DNA of 63,655 bases, the filler included, from Gemmatimonadota bacterium (GTDB lineage: Bacteria > 4572-55 > J002), in the NCBI GenBank assembly GCA_003697105.1. It is 6 parts of 6 records of this genome, joined end to end, with 100 filler letters (N's around TTAATTAATTAA, not from the genome) between each part and the next. Parts side by side here need not be neighbours in the genome. Positions count along the whole stretch, not along the records: positions 17,216 to 30,588 come from RFFQ01000143.1; positions 30,689 to 40,972 come from RFFQ01000145.1; 4 more parts are not named here. One strand, written 5' to 3'. Position numbers and translations under genes: made by a program. Below, in pieces: positions 27,742 through 37,775 of the stretch. The notes below the pieces were generated by a model. That model was not told where the DNA came from. It saw only the letters and a list, made by a program, of their open reading frames with translations, and did no database searches. Every line of letters starts with the position of its first letter. The stretch's first letter is position 1.

Positions 27742-30588
27742 TTAGGGGTAAAGCGGTAACTTCTGGCACCGGCTTGGTGTGTCAGAATTTGTTGTTGTAC
27801 GATTACCACCATAACTCCGCTCATATCGACTACGAGACGAACGTGCTTCTGCCGCATTATCCGGGCGAAGCGTTATTTCAATTAACCATGACGGCGAGCG
27901 ATTACTCAGGGTGACTTCTAGACAGTCTTCCCCAGATAAGATTCGATTACCGAATGTATCATACACGAAGAGTCGATATGTTGTCAAGTTTAAATTAGAA
28001 AAAACAACCTCACCTTTGTCATCCGTGAATTTAATCGATTGATATTCAAACGGGGGATTCTCTCCATCGGTCAATTCAACTCGATATTTTTCCGGTTTCA
28101 ATTCGGGTTTATCCTCTAGGTTGATCCGCAACACAATCCGGCGAGGGTCTTCCGGTTTCGGTTTCTCGCAGGTATTAAACCGGACAGCTTGGTGAGGAAA
28201 GGTTTCCGTGAGCGCAACCGTCACGGAATCACCCAGAAGTTTGCTAACATTTGCCTGTTCCACATTATTGGAATATAACGTCACAGCATAAACACCCAGA
28301 TCAAGACCTTCAAATTTCAGGTTAGCACGACGGGGCGAACTGCTACGGTTGTCACTGGCATCCGAAGTTTTCACTTTTTTTGTGCTCTGATTTGTAATTA
28401 CCACGCGATATTCACCTATATTCTGGCAATCTTCGATCATCACCATCAACGAACCTTTGGTCTGTTGGCTCGGACAATCGATCTTGACATCCCGCCAAGC
28501 GACTGGTAACAATTCGGAGAGGGTTACATCGATACACTCAAATTTTTCTACATACCGGTACGGGTCATCGATTGCCAAATACACTCGCAGACAGTAATTT
28601 CCAAACTCCAGATTAGGGAAACGGAATTTAAAGTTATCGGAATTTCCGGTCGTATCCGAAGCCACCAATTTATTATCCTTAATCAGGTCAACAATATAAA
28701 TTTCAGTGTCACGACACGGTTTTTGAATTTTTCCGGCGATCTCCCCACCTTTTTTCACAGGTTTATCACACACTTCAACTTCAACTTCGGTGCGTACCGC
28801 ATCAACCGCAACATTGATCGATTTATCCAGTAGTTTCAGGCGGCTTTCATCGGCATAGACCTCAACCCGATACACACTCTTTTCCAAATTTGTAAAGGTC
28901 ATCCGAAAGGCGCTACCCCCAGACAATACATCCCCATCTAAACGGACACTACCCGGGGCACTACTGCTTGCCTTGATGTTATCGACGGTATGGCTGTTTC
29001 GCAGGTTGACCAATCGAATATAAAATGGGGCGGCACACTTACCGGCATTGCGAGATTTGACCGTTACTTCCAAATCACCAACATCTTTTTTCTTTTTTTC
29101 ACCACAAATGGCAAGGGTCATAATTTTGTTCAGACTTAACTCCGAAATCTCGATCTGATGTTCCCCCTGAATAAATTTATCCGTAAAGGGGTCTGCGTAT
29201 GCTTCTACCCGATAGCGATCAATGGATAATTTTTCAAAGAACACTCGCCCATCATCGTCGGTTACTTTGGTATAAATCTGACTCGCCGGATTAGAAGCCC
29301 CTCGCAAGGTGATCTTAAAAGGTGCTTTATAAGAGCCATCTGGGCAGGTAACCGTCAATTGAAGTGTTCCGGTTTTTGGCGCCTTTTTCTCGGCGCCAAC
29401 CTCATACGTCTTCCGAATATGCGGGTCTAGCTCCGAAACCGTGAGCGTATAATCCGAACTCAACAGCCGCCCATCGGGCAACGTACCTTCATAGATGTAA
29501 ACATAATAGACATCAAAACCAACATTATCAAAAAAGACATCGCCGTATTTGTTAGTTGGCTGTTTGTAACGGAAATTTTGGGTATTAGAGCGGCTCAATA
29601 ATGCCACCTCAAAGGGAGGTTTGGCATCTCCTTTACCTTTAACCGAGATAAACACCGAGCCAAACTTAGGCTTGTTACCATTATCATCACGGGTCGTTGC
29701 CGGTTGGGGACAACAAGCATTGTTCAAATCCTTAATGACACGAGTGGGATTCGGGAAAAGCTCGCTAATCCGCACCGCAATCGGTTTATCACAGCAAACC
29801 TGCTCCATTGGTGAGGAATAAACTTGTAGCGTATAATCCCCGTAGGGCAAATCTTCAAACCGGAATGTGCCATGATTTGTCCAACGGTAATATCGCTTTT
29901 TCGTTTCCGAATTAACTAATTCCAGCCGATAAATCTTCTCGGTACAGGTAGGGCAACTCGCATCATCTACCGAACACACAATACGTCCATCAAAGGTACC
30001 TTTGGGGATAGAAGCGGGATCGACCTCTTCTACAGGTTTTTCAGCGGGGGCAGATAAGCTGATTTGAATCACCCGTTCTGGAAATAATTTGGTTAAGGTT
30101 ACCTGGATATCATCTTTTAAAATTTCGTGGGAACCCGGCTCGAGGACGGTGATTTGGTATGTTCCCAACGGTAGGTCTGAAAAGGAAACTTGACCGAAGG
30201 AATCAGTATGATTAATGATTTTTTTCCTGTTTTCAGAAACAAGCATTACTATGTACGTATTCAGGGCATCCGTCGCTCCTTCCCTTGTAACACGAATCTC
30301 CAAACGTCCTTCTTCTGTTTTCGGTTCGGGTTGTTTTTCTGGAACCGCTTCCAACGGGATTGCTACGCGACGGTATTCCGCATCTAACGCCACCCCTACT
30401 CCTTCTTTGATAACTTTTCCAGATGAAATATCCCGCACGACAACTTCGTAGTTATCATACGGCACGTTCTCAAAGGTGACAATGCCGGTGTTAGGGTTGG
30501 TGGATTGAATCTGTTGATATTGTCTGCTTTTGAGCACGACCGAGAAGAAGTTCTGTGGTGAGTTAGCGCGTACCACCTGAACCTCAAC
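27742..30588 (-). CDS. Large repeat protein, 5'-truncated: 9 tandem ~100-aa carboxypeptidase-regulatory/prealbumin(CnaB)-like domains
   Basis: Frame open to the contig edge. Recurring motifs G-x-[LI]-x-[VI], F-x-[ND]-[LV]-x-x-[GD]-x-Y-x-[VL] and [TS]-[LIV]-SEL-x-P. Confidence 0.8.
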   Translation of the reverse strand, partial: VEVQVVRANSPQNFFSVVLKSRQYQQIQSTNPNTGIVTFENVPYDNYEVVVRDISSGKVIKEGVGVALDAEYRRVAIPLEAVPEKQPEPKTEEGRLEIRVTREGATDALNTYIVMLVSENRKKIINHTDSFGQVSFSDLPLGTYQITVLEPGSHEILKDDIQVTLTKLFPERVIQISLSAPAEKPVEEVDPASIPKGTFDGRIVCSVDDASCPTCTEKIYRLELVNSETKKRYYRWTNHGTFRFEDLPYGDYTLQVYSSPMEQVCCDKPIAVRISELFPNPTRVIKDLNNACCPQPATTRDDNGNKPKFGSVFISVKGKGDAKPPFEVALLSRSNTQNFRYKQPTNKYGDVFFDNVGFDVYYVYIYEGTLPDGRLLSSDYTLTVSELDPHIRKTYEVGAEKKAPKTGTLQLTVTCPDGSYKAPFKITLRGASNPASQIYTKVTDDDGRVFFEKLSIDRYRVEAYADPFTDKFIQGEHQIEISELSLNKIMTLAICGEKKKKDVGDLEVTVKSRNAGKCAAPFYIRLVNLRNSHTVDNIKASSSAPGSVRLDGDVLSGGSAFRMTFTNLEKSVYRVEVYADESRLKLLDKSINVAVDAVRTEVEVEVCDKPVKKGGEIAGKIQKPCRDTEIYIVDLIKDNKLVASDTTGNSDNFKFRFPNLEFGNYCLRVYLAIDDPYRYVEKFECIDVTLSELLPVAWRDVKIDCPSQQTKGSLMVMIEDCQNIGEYRVVITNQSTKKVKTSDASDNRSSSPRRANLKFEGLDLGVYAVTLYSNNVEQANVSKLLGDSVTVALTETFPHQAVRFNTCEKPKPEDPRRIVLRINLEDKPELKPEKYRVELTDGENPPFEYQSIKFTDDKGEVVFSNLNLTTYRLFVYDTFGNRILSGEDCLEVTLSNRSPSWLIEITLRPDNAAEARSSRSRYERSYGGNRTTTNSDTPSRCQKLPLYP

Positions 30589-30688
30589 NNNNNNNNNNNN
30601 NNNNNNNNNNNNNNNNNNNNNNNNNNNNNNNNTTAATTAATTAANNNNNNNNNNNNNNNNNNNNNNNNNNNNNNNNNNNNNNNNNNNN
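30589..30688. other. Artificial contig linker
   Basis: N-runs plus TTAATTAATTAA. Confidence 0.98.
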
Positions 30689-31786
30689 CTAGCTGATTTC
30701 GCGACGCTCCAATTGAATCGTCACCGTCGTATATTTTCCCATTTCGGATTGTACCGATAAGTGCCCACCGTGAATTTCGGTTAAGCGGCGGGCAATGATC
30801 AATCCTAAACCCAAGCCTTTTTGTTCGTACAATTTCCGGTCAAATTGGACATAAGCACCAATTCTATCAATCTGGTGGCGGCTCATGCCACGTCCGTGGT
30901 CGGTTACATCCAGAATAAAATGGGTTTCTGTATTTCGGGATTTGACTTCCACCGTTGTACCGGCTTCCGAAAATTTAAACGCATTGCTGATCACTTCCTC
31001 AACAAGTTTGGGCAGGTCTTTCTCGGAGACCTGAACGGTACAGGGTTCGACATCCAACACGAGGTCCTCTTCGCGCCCATATGCTTTAGCGACATTCATT
31101 GCCACATAGGAGACCACACTTGCGACGCCGGTGGTTATATTTTTTTTGACCAACTCCATCTTTTCATGATCCATCAAGGCGATTTCAATTTGGGCGTATA
31201 GGAGATAATTTTTAACCAATCTATCGAGCCGGTCTGCTGATTCATAGATCGTTTCCAACATCCGGTGCAGGTCTTCCCGGTCCACGGTTTTATACTCTTC
31301 CAGCAATAATTGAGTAAATCCAAGGATGGAGGTGAGTGGGGTGCGGAATTCATGGGGCAGGGCATGGATCAAGTTCCAGACCAGATCACCATCCTTTTTG
31401 GATCGGAAAGTGTCCACTTTAGTAAACCGGGCTTCGATGGCGGCGATAAGCTCTTTACCGGAAAATGGCTTCATTAGATAGTCATCTGCACCCATTTCAA
31501 TCCCGCGCCGCCAATGGTTGCGGTCGGTTTTCGCGGTCAAAAAGATGAACGGAATTTGTGCCAGTACGGGGTCTGCTTGAACGGCGCTTAATACGTCATA
31601 GCCACTCATGCCGGGCATCATAATGTCACAAATGATCAAGTCGGGCGGGTCTTCCTGAATGCGTTTCCACCCATCCAGACCATTATCCGCCTCAATAGCC
31701 TCATAGCCGGAAACCTCTAACATCGTCGCGACATTCTCGCGGATGGTCGCTTCATCTTCAATGAGCAATATTTTTTTTCGTGGCAT
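30689..31786 (-). CDS. Hybrid REC-HisKA-HATPase
   Basis: LLIEDE, ICDIMMP, LPHEFRTPL, SNAFKFS, GLGLGL. Paralog of 9128-10258 (shared IGAYxQFDR..EQxGxGLGL). Confidence 0.92.
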   Translation of the reverse strand: MPRKKILLIEDEATIRENVATMLEVSGYEAIEADNGLDGWKRIQEDPPDLIICDIMMPGMSGYDVLSAVQADPVLAQIPFIFLTAKTDRNHWRRGIEMGADDYLMKPFSGKELIAAIEARFTKVDTFRSKKDGDLVWNLIHALPHEFRTPLTSILGFTQLLLEEYKTVDREDLHRMLETIYESADRLDRLVKNYLLYAQIEIALMDHEKMELVKKNITTGVASVVSYVAMNVAKAYGREEDLVLDVEPCTVQVSEKDLPKLVEEVISNAFKFSEAGTTVEVKSRNTETHFILDVTDHGRGMSRHQIDRIGAYVQFDRKLYEQKGLGLGLIIARRLTEIHGGHLSVQSEMGKYTTVTIQLERREIS

Positions 31787-31788
31787 TG

Positions 31789-33339
31789 TTATCCTGCTTT
31801 GGCTTGATAGAGAATTGGAATATGAACCGTAATCACGGTACCCTGAGTTATGTTACTTTCCAGATGGATCGTCCCACCATGCAACTGGACGGCGCGATGC
31901 ACCATGAATAACCCCAACCCGGTGCCGGGGATATTTTCGACCGGTTTTGCCCGGTAAAACGGGTCAAAGATGTGGGCTTGGTCGGCTTCGGGAATCCCGG
32001 GACCCTCATCGGCAACCATTAACCGGATGTCCTCATCCGTATAAGTGATAGTAAACCGGATCGCTTTATCCGCGGGGGTGTATTTGATGGCATTTGAGAG
32101 CAAGTTCCGAATAATCACTTCCAACAACCACTTGTCGAGCCAGTACCGGCGGGAACTACCGTTGGTATGAAAATCGATCCGGTGTTTTTGCAAATCGAGT
32201 TGCCGTTCGGACTGAAGCAGATCAAGCGCAAATTGATCCAAATTCAGTGGTTCCGGGTTAAACTGGATGGAATTCGCCTCTAATCGACCGGTATTGAGGA
32301 CATCTTCTAGCATACAGGTCATGTGCTGAATGGCGGCACGGATTTTATCATAGCGCTTTTGGCGTTGTTCCGGTGACATTTGGTCGCCAAAAGATTCCAG
32401 TAGCTCACTGGAGGAGCCGATAGCCGTCAACGGTGTCCGAAACTCGTGCGAAACCATCGTGATAAACCGGCTTTTCAGTTGGTGGAGTTCTTGTTCTTTT
32501 TTAAGGGCGTCATATAAATCTGAGGTTCGTTCGGCTACTTTTTTTTCAAGTTCGTCATTCATCGTTTTTAACGCATTTTCCGTCGCTTTGCGCTCAGTAA
32601 TATCCTCGCTAATCGTAATCAAGGCGATGGGCACCCCCTGTGCGTTTTGGACGGTGGTGGAAATCAGTTGTACCGGAAATGTTGAACCATCTTTGCGGAC
32701 ATTCACACTCTCCCGTCGCCAATTTGAAAGGGGTTTGGTGATTTCAAAATCGGAGCGTTGAACTGCAGATGGACCGGCAAAGATCTTCGCAGACTTCCCA
32801 ATGAGTTCCGCAACGGTATAGCCGTGCATTCTGGCTTCCATTGGGTTTACATAGATAATGGTTTGGTTCAAATCGGTAATAGTGACACCGAGTTCAATCG
32901 TCTCAATAGCTTCTTTTAGCAGTTGCAAATGTGCTTCATCCTCCTGTTGTTTTTGCCGTATCTGCGCGTGTGTTTCCGCGAGGGTCATCCGGATTTTCAG
33001 AAGGTTCGGGTCAATAGGTTTCGCCAGATAATCATCCGCCCCTGCTTCTAAAACCGCAGGAAGATGATCCAGCCCTTCATCCAATGCCGTCATGACTAAT
33101 ATGACGCTAGGGGATTTTTGGGATAGGTTGCGTAACGCCCGGCAGATGGCGAGTCCATCTATATCCGGCAAGACTAAATCCAGCAACACAATCGGAAAAT
33201 CGTTATGTCGGTAGGCTTCTAATGCGGGTTTGCCCTCCGCAAATGCAGAGACTGGATACCCGAAATCCACCAGTGTTTTCTCAAGCCAGCGTTGGGTCAA
33301 CAGGTTGTCTTCGATGAGCAATACGTTCGGAGTCGCCAT
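31789..33339 (-). CDS. Hybrid REC-PAS-histidine kinase
   Basis: LLDLVLP, PAS (YVNP..RKDGSTFP), VSHEFRTPL, NLLSNAIKY, GTGLGL. Confidence 0.92.
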   Translation of the reverse strand: MATPNVLLIEDNLLTQRWLEKTLVDFGYPVSAFAEGKPALEAYRHNDFPIVLLDLVLPDIDGLAICRALRNLSQKSPSVILVMTALDEGLDHLPAVLEAGADDYLAKPIDPNLLKIRMTLAETHAQIRQKQQEDEAHLQLLKEAIETIELGVTITDLNQTIIYVNPMEARMHGYTVAELIGKSAKIFAGPSAVQRSDFEITKPLSNWRRESVNVRKDGSTFPVQLISTTVQNAQGVPIALITISEDITERKATENALKTMNDELEKKVAERTSDLYDALKKEQELHQLKSRFITMVSHEFRTPLTAIGSSSELLESFGDQMSPEQRQKRYDKIRAAIQHMTCMLEDVLNTGRLEANSIQFNPEPLNLDQFALDLLQSERQLDLQKHRIDFHTNGSSRRYWLDKWLLEVIIRNLLSNAIKYTPADKAIRFTITYTDEDIRLMVADEGPGIPEADQAHIFDPFYRAKPVENIPGTGLGLFMVHRAVQLHGGTIHLESNITQGTVITVHIPILYQAKAG

Positions 33340-33345
33340 CTGAGA

Positions 33346-34413
33346 TCACACCTTTTCATCTACAATCAATTCACCTTTGATTAGTAATTTCGGAACATCA
33401 ATCAGTGCCATCATTTTACCCCTAAAGGGTGCAGTTCCCTTTAGATATCCTTCGCTGATGGACTGCACGGCTACCGGAATCGACCGCATTTTCGATTCAT
33501 CCACATAGGTAATTTCCAAAATTTGGTCCACCAGAATCCCCACCTGCAGGGAATCAACCCCCGTGACAACAACTTTTGTGGTACCGGTAACGGACAAATA
33601 GTTCATATTCAACGCGCCGGAAATATCCAGCAACGTTAGAATTTCCCCGCGCAAATTCATACACCCGATAATATGCGGCGGGCAACAGGGAATAACCGTA
33701 ATCGCGGTAACATCGGCAAATTCCCGCACCACCTCAAGGGGGAATCCAAAATATTCGCTATTTAAACCGACAACGGCGACCGGTGTTAAACCTTTCAGGT
33801 CATGGCTTTCCACCACGAGCCGCAACTCTTGGGCACGTCGCTGGAAGATTTCACGTTCTTCTGGGGTAGCCTCAGGACAAAAGATATTCGGATTGGTAAA
33901 TTTGTGTTTTATTGTTTCCGTTTCGTCATCTATTTCTGCCAGTTCATCTTTTAAGTCTTCATCAAAAAAATCACCCCGAATCAAGTTATCGGGATCAATT
34001 AGCATGATGATTTTATCATCCAATGTCGCTTGTTGGGCAATCAGATGATTTGATTTGGGGAGACCGTTCCGTCGAGCTGTTTTAATATCATTCGGATCGA
34101 TGGAGACCACATCAAACACCTGATTCACAATCAACCCGATCCAGAAATCTTCCGTGGTATCCAGCACCAGCACCATATCCGTAAGATAGTAGCACCGGCG
34201 AGCATGTTCAAAACGCAAGTTGATATCCATCACCGGAATAATTTTACCCCGCATATTGACGACCCCGACCACATACTCAGGGGCTTCCTCAATGGGCGTT
34301 AATTCGGGTAGCCAAAAAATCTCTTTAACACACGTGGTGGGAACACCGTAGAGCAGGTTTTCGATTTTAAATATCAGATAGGAATGCTGAGCTACTATCT
34401 GCTGTCCGGTCAT
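33346..34413 (-). CDS. cheW: Tandem CheW-CheW scaffold protein
   Basis: Two CheW domains (GVVNMRGKIIPV and GCMNLRGEILTL) with linker IFQRRAQEL. Confidence 0.9.
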   Translation of the reverse strand: MTGQQIVAQHSYLIFKIENLLYGVPTTCVKEIFWLPELTPIEEAPEYVVGVVNMRGKIIPVMDINLRFEHARRCYYLTDMVLVLDTTEDFWIGLIVNQVFDVVSIDPNDIKTARRNGLPKSNHLIAQQATLDDKIIMLIDPDNLIRGDFFDEDLKDELAEIDDETETIKHKFTNPNIFCPEATPEEREIFQRRAQELRLVVESHDLKGLTPVAVVGLNSEYFGFPLEVVREFADVTAITVIPCCPPHIIGCMNLRGEILTLLDISGALNMNYLSVTGTTKVVVTGVDSLQVGILVDQILEITYVDESKMRSIPVAVQSISEGYLKGTAPFRGKMMALIDVPKLLIKGELIVDEKV

Positions 34414-34587
34414 GGTTCATTGCCTCCATTCGGATATTAGGAAACCATTAGGAACGTCAACAGGATACAAAATTCACACCACTATTTTTATACTTGTACT
34501 TGAAAACCCATAATTGATTTATTGACATGAAGTTATATCCCTATTGTTGGGGAAATGCACAAAAAGGGAGAAAAACGAGGGAGGCAT

Positions 34588-34673
34588 CTTGACGGTAAAA
34601 AAGCCGCCAAGAATCAAGTCAAGAAATGAAATATCAAATTTACCAGCCGGTTACGCTTGTAAAACAACCGCCA
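34588..34673. promoter_or_regulatory. Paired putative enhancer (bEBP) binding sites upstream of cheW
   Basis: Palindrome CTTGACGG-TAAAAAAG-CCGCCAAG (34588-34611) and a related site GTAAAACAACCGCCA (34659-34673). Confidence 0.45.
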
Positions 34674-34687
34674 GTCTGGGGAGAGTG

Positions 34688-36058
34688 TTACGAGGTTTGC
34701 AGTTGAATATGGTGTTTTTGTAGTTTCTGCCAGAAGTTTTTCCAATGCATACCAGACCGGCGGGCGGCTTCCCGGGCATTGCCGTTACTTTCTTGTAAGG
34801 CACGAATCAGGTAATCACGCTCAAATTCCGCTTTTGCCTGCTGGTAGGGTAAAAAACCCGCCGGCTTCCGGTCATTCTGGGAATGTGGCAGGTCGAGGTC
34901 AACCCGTTGAATGGTGGAGGTCTGGGTTACGAGCAATGCTTTTTGAATCACATTTTCTAATTCACGCACATTACCCCGCCATTCATGCCGGATCAGCGCT
35001 TGCATTGCGGCGGGCGAGAAATCCCGCACCGCTTTATTAAATTTTTGACTATATTTTTGCAAGAAATGCAGTGCCAAGGGGGGAATATCCTCGGGGCGAT
35101 CTTGTAAAGGGGGTACAATAATTTTGACCACATTCAGGCGATAATATAAATCTTCCCGAAAATCTCCGCTGGCAACCCGGTCTTCTATATTTTGATTGGT
35201 GGCGGCGATAAATCGGACATCAATTTTTTGGGGGTGGGTTGATCCAACCCGGCGAATCTCGTTTTCTTGTAGCGTCCGCAGCAGTTTCACCTGTGTACTC
35301 AACGTGAGTTCAGTGACTTCATCCAAAAACAAGGTTCCACCGGATGCGGCTTCAATCAGCCCGATGGCGTGACGATCTGCACCGGTAAACGCCCCTCGGA
35401 CATGCCCAAAAAGTTCACTTTCTAGCAGGCTATCAGGTAACGCGCCGCAATTGACCGGCAAAAAGGGATGTTGGCGGCGTGCACTGGAAAAATGAATTGC
35501 CCGCGCCACTAATTCCTTGCCCACACCACTTTCCCCTTCCACAATCACCGGAACATCCGTACTGGCAACCATTGCCACTTGTCGTAACACCTGTTGCATT
35601 AAGTGGCTCTGCCCGATGATTGAGCCAGCAACATTCACGTGTTGCAACTGTTTTTGCAAGGTGTCCACCCGTCGCCGTAATTTTTGCTGTTCGAGCAGCC
35701 GTTCGATCCGGTACGCGAGGTCTTTGAGTTCAAAGGGCTTTGTAATATAATCATCAATGCCATGCCGGAGCAATTCTACGGCATGGTCGACGTTGCCGTA
35801 AGCGGTGATTAAAATCGTGGCGGTATAGGGTGAAATCGCCCGAATGCGTTTCAAGATCACATCGCCGGTGACATCCGGTAATCTGAAATCGGAGACAACA
35901 AGGTCGTACACGTTGCTTTCCACAAGCTTTAATCCGGCGGCGCCACTCATGAGCGAGGTGACCTCGTATTTCTCGGCGCGTAGCAAATATTCCAGATTTT
36001 CCAGCAGGGTTTCATTATCTTCGATAATCAAAATTTTAGCGGTGCGGAGGTTCATCAT
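34688..36058 (-). CDS. Sigma54-dependent response regulator (NtrC family REC-AAA+-HTH)
   Basis: REC, GESGVGKE, GAFTGA, LFLDE, FREDLYYRL, GNVREL. Confidence 0.95.
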   Translation of the reverse strand: MMNLRTAKILIIEDNETLLENLEYLLRAEKYEVTSLMSGAAGLKLVESNVYDLVVSDFRLPDVTGDVILKRIRAISPYTATILITAYGNVDHAVELLRHGIDDYITKPFELKDLAYRIERLLEQQKLRRRVDTLQKQLQHVNVAGSIIGQSHLMQQVLRQVAMVASTDVPVIVEGESGVGKELVARAIHFSSARRQHPFLPVNCGALPDSLLESELFGHVRGAFTGADRHAIGLIEAASGGTLFLDEVTELTLSTQVKLLRTLQENEIRRVGSTHPQKIDVRFIAATNQNIEDRVASGDFREDLYYRLNVVKIIVPPLQDRPEDIPPLALHFLQKYSQKFNKAVRDFSPAAMQALIRHEWRGNVRELENVIQKALLVTQTSTIQRVDLDLPHSQNDRKPAGFLPYQQAKAEFERDYLIRALQESNGNAREAARRSGMHWKNFWQKLQKHHIQLQTS

Positions 36059-36064
36059 ACTAAC

Positions 36065-37561
36065 TTACCGGCAAGAGGTTATATTTTTGAGTTCATTGCA
36101 TAAATCCGCCACCGTGACGTGATACGGCTCAACAAGTTGGTCTGCCTCCAATTGGGTGAGCAAGCTCAGCGCGATAGCTCGCATTTTTTGAGCGCGTTTG
36201 GAGTCACCATCCCTATCATAAAGATGGGCTAAATCCAGATACGCCGGCACAAACTCAGGGGCGGCATAGATAATCTTTTTATAATATTCCCGGGCATCTT
36301 TCAGGTTGCCTTGTTCTTCCGCCAGATGCGCCAGTAAATAATAAGGTTTTGGGGCGTAGGGGTCAATGCGCAGTGCTTCCCAGCAACATTCTGCCGCTTC
36401 GGTGTATCGCGCCAGATTCGCGTAGCTTTCCGCCAAAAGTTCGTAGGCTTCCAGTATATCCCGCTGTGTTTGGAGTTGCTTACCTAACATATCAATGACT
36501 TCCGTATAACGTCCCAAGCGGAATGCGGCTTTAGCATCCTCTAGGGGAGAAGCCAGTACTGTTTTTGCTTCGGGTGGCTTTACAATGGGGACAACAACCG
36601 GTGGTAATTTTCGTGTTGGCGGCGTACTGACGTCCATCTGGTTGCGTTCGACGAGGGGTTCCGGTACGGTGGGTTTCGTGACACTGGGGAAGGTTTTCAG
36701 GGTAGAAAACGGGTCGGAATGGTGAGCCGAATCATCTCGTTGATAAATGACCGATTCTGGGAAAAAACGGGCTTTAAGATGGTCTAACGGTTGATCATAT
36801 AACTCGGAATGACCGGTAATCAAATACCCGCCGGGGCGGAGCGTTTGGGCAAACTTTTGAACCACCGCCTGAATTGCCTCCCGGTGAAAATAGATAAACA
36901 CATTGCGGCATAGAATCACATCCATATCGTGTATACCGGTCTGGTACTCCGGGAAGATATCCTGACGTAGATTACCGGTACGAAAGGTCACCATCCGGCG
37001 GATAGAGTCCACAATCTGCCATCCCCGCCGCCCTCGATGAAAATAGGTTTCTTGCACCTCCGGGGCGACCATCCGGAACGACCACGCGCCATAGTGACCT
37101 TGACGGGCGCGGTCGATGGATGATTTATTGATGTCCGTCCCTAAAATGAAGATGTCCCACTCCTGCCAATCTGGGAGGAGTTCTGATAGCAGAATCGCCA
37201 CGGAATAAGGCTCTTCACCGGTGGAACAACCGGCACTCCAAATGCGTAACTTCCGCTCCTGCCGGCGATGGTCAACAATCTCCGGCAATAAGTGATCCCG
37301 TAAAAGTTTGAACTGCCCTTTATCCCGGAAGAAAAAGGTTTCTGCGGTGGTTAGCCCTGCGACCAGTTTGTTCCACTCCAAATGTGAAGCGGGCGTATTT
37401 GATGTTAATCGCGAAAGATATTCGCGTTCACCGGTGATCCGCAACACACGCATCCGGTCTTGAACGGCTTTGTCCAGTTTGGGATAGTCCTCCTGCCGCA
37501 AAAAAAGGCCGGTATGCGCTAAAATTACCTCTTTAAATTGATTAAGCAACACACTATCCAT
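36065..37561 (-). CDS. cheR: CheR methyltransferase with C-terminal TPRs (WspC/FrzF-like)
   Basis: ETFFFRD, WSAGCSTGEEPYS, GTDI, CRNVFIYF, GHSE, C-terminal TPRs. Confidence 0.92.
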   Translation of the reverse strand: MDSVLLNQFKEVILAHTGLFLRQEDYPKLDKAVQDRMRVLRITGEREYLSRLTSNTPASHLEWNKLVAGLTTAETFFFRDKGQFKLLRDHLLPEIVDHRRQERKLRIWSAGCSTGEEPYSVAILLSELLPDWQEWDIFILGTDINKSSIDRARQGHYGAWSFRMVAPEVQETYFHRGRRGWQIVDSIRRMVTFRTGNLRQDIFPEYQTGIHDMDVILCRNVFIYFHREAIQAVVQKFAQTLRPGGYLITGHSELYDQPLDHLKARFFPESVIYQRDDSAHHSDPFSTLKTFPSVTKPTVPEPLVERNQMDVSTPPTRKLPPVVVPIVKPPEAKTVLASPLEDAKAAFRLGRYTEVIDMLGKQLQTQRDILEAYELLAESYANLARYTEAAECCWEALRIDPYAPKPYYLLAHLAEEQGNLKDAREYYKKIIYAAPEFVPAYLDLAHLYDRDGDSKRAQKMRAIALSLLTQLEADQLVEPYHVTVADLCNELKNITSCR

Positions 37562-37690
37562 CTGAAACCATTCCCGGCAAAACACACATTAAGTCCGTAA
37601 ATGAGACATTACAGTTTTTTGAAAAAGAAGGCAACCTTTATTTTTAGAAGGGCATTCCTGCCACCCTCTCGGAGGAACTCATCCTAATCA

Positions 37691-37719
37691 TTGACACAAC
37701 TCTGTTGATATATTAAAAT
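37691..37719 (+). promoter_or_regulatory. Sigma70-type promoter
   Basis: TTGACA-17 bp-TAAAAT, about 55 nt before ATG 37776. Confidence 0.7.
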
Positions 37720-37775
37720 GATTCACGTTCCCGCTTGCTCTTAACTCACTCGCACGAGAGGCAAAGCATCCACCA

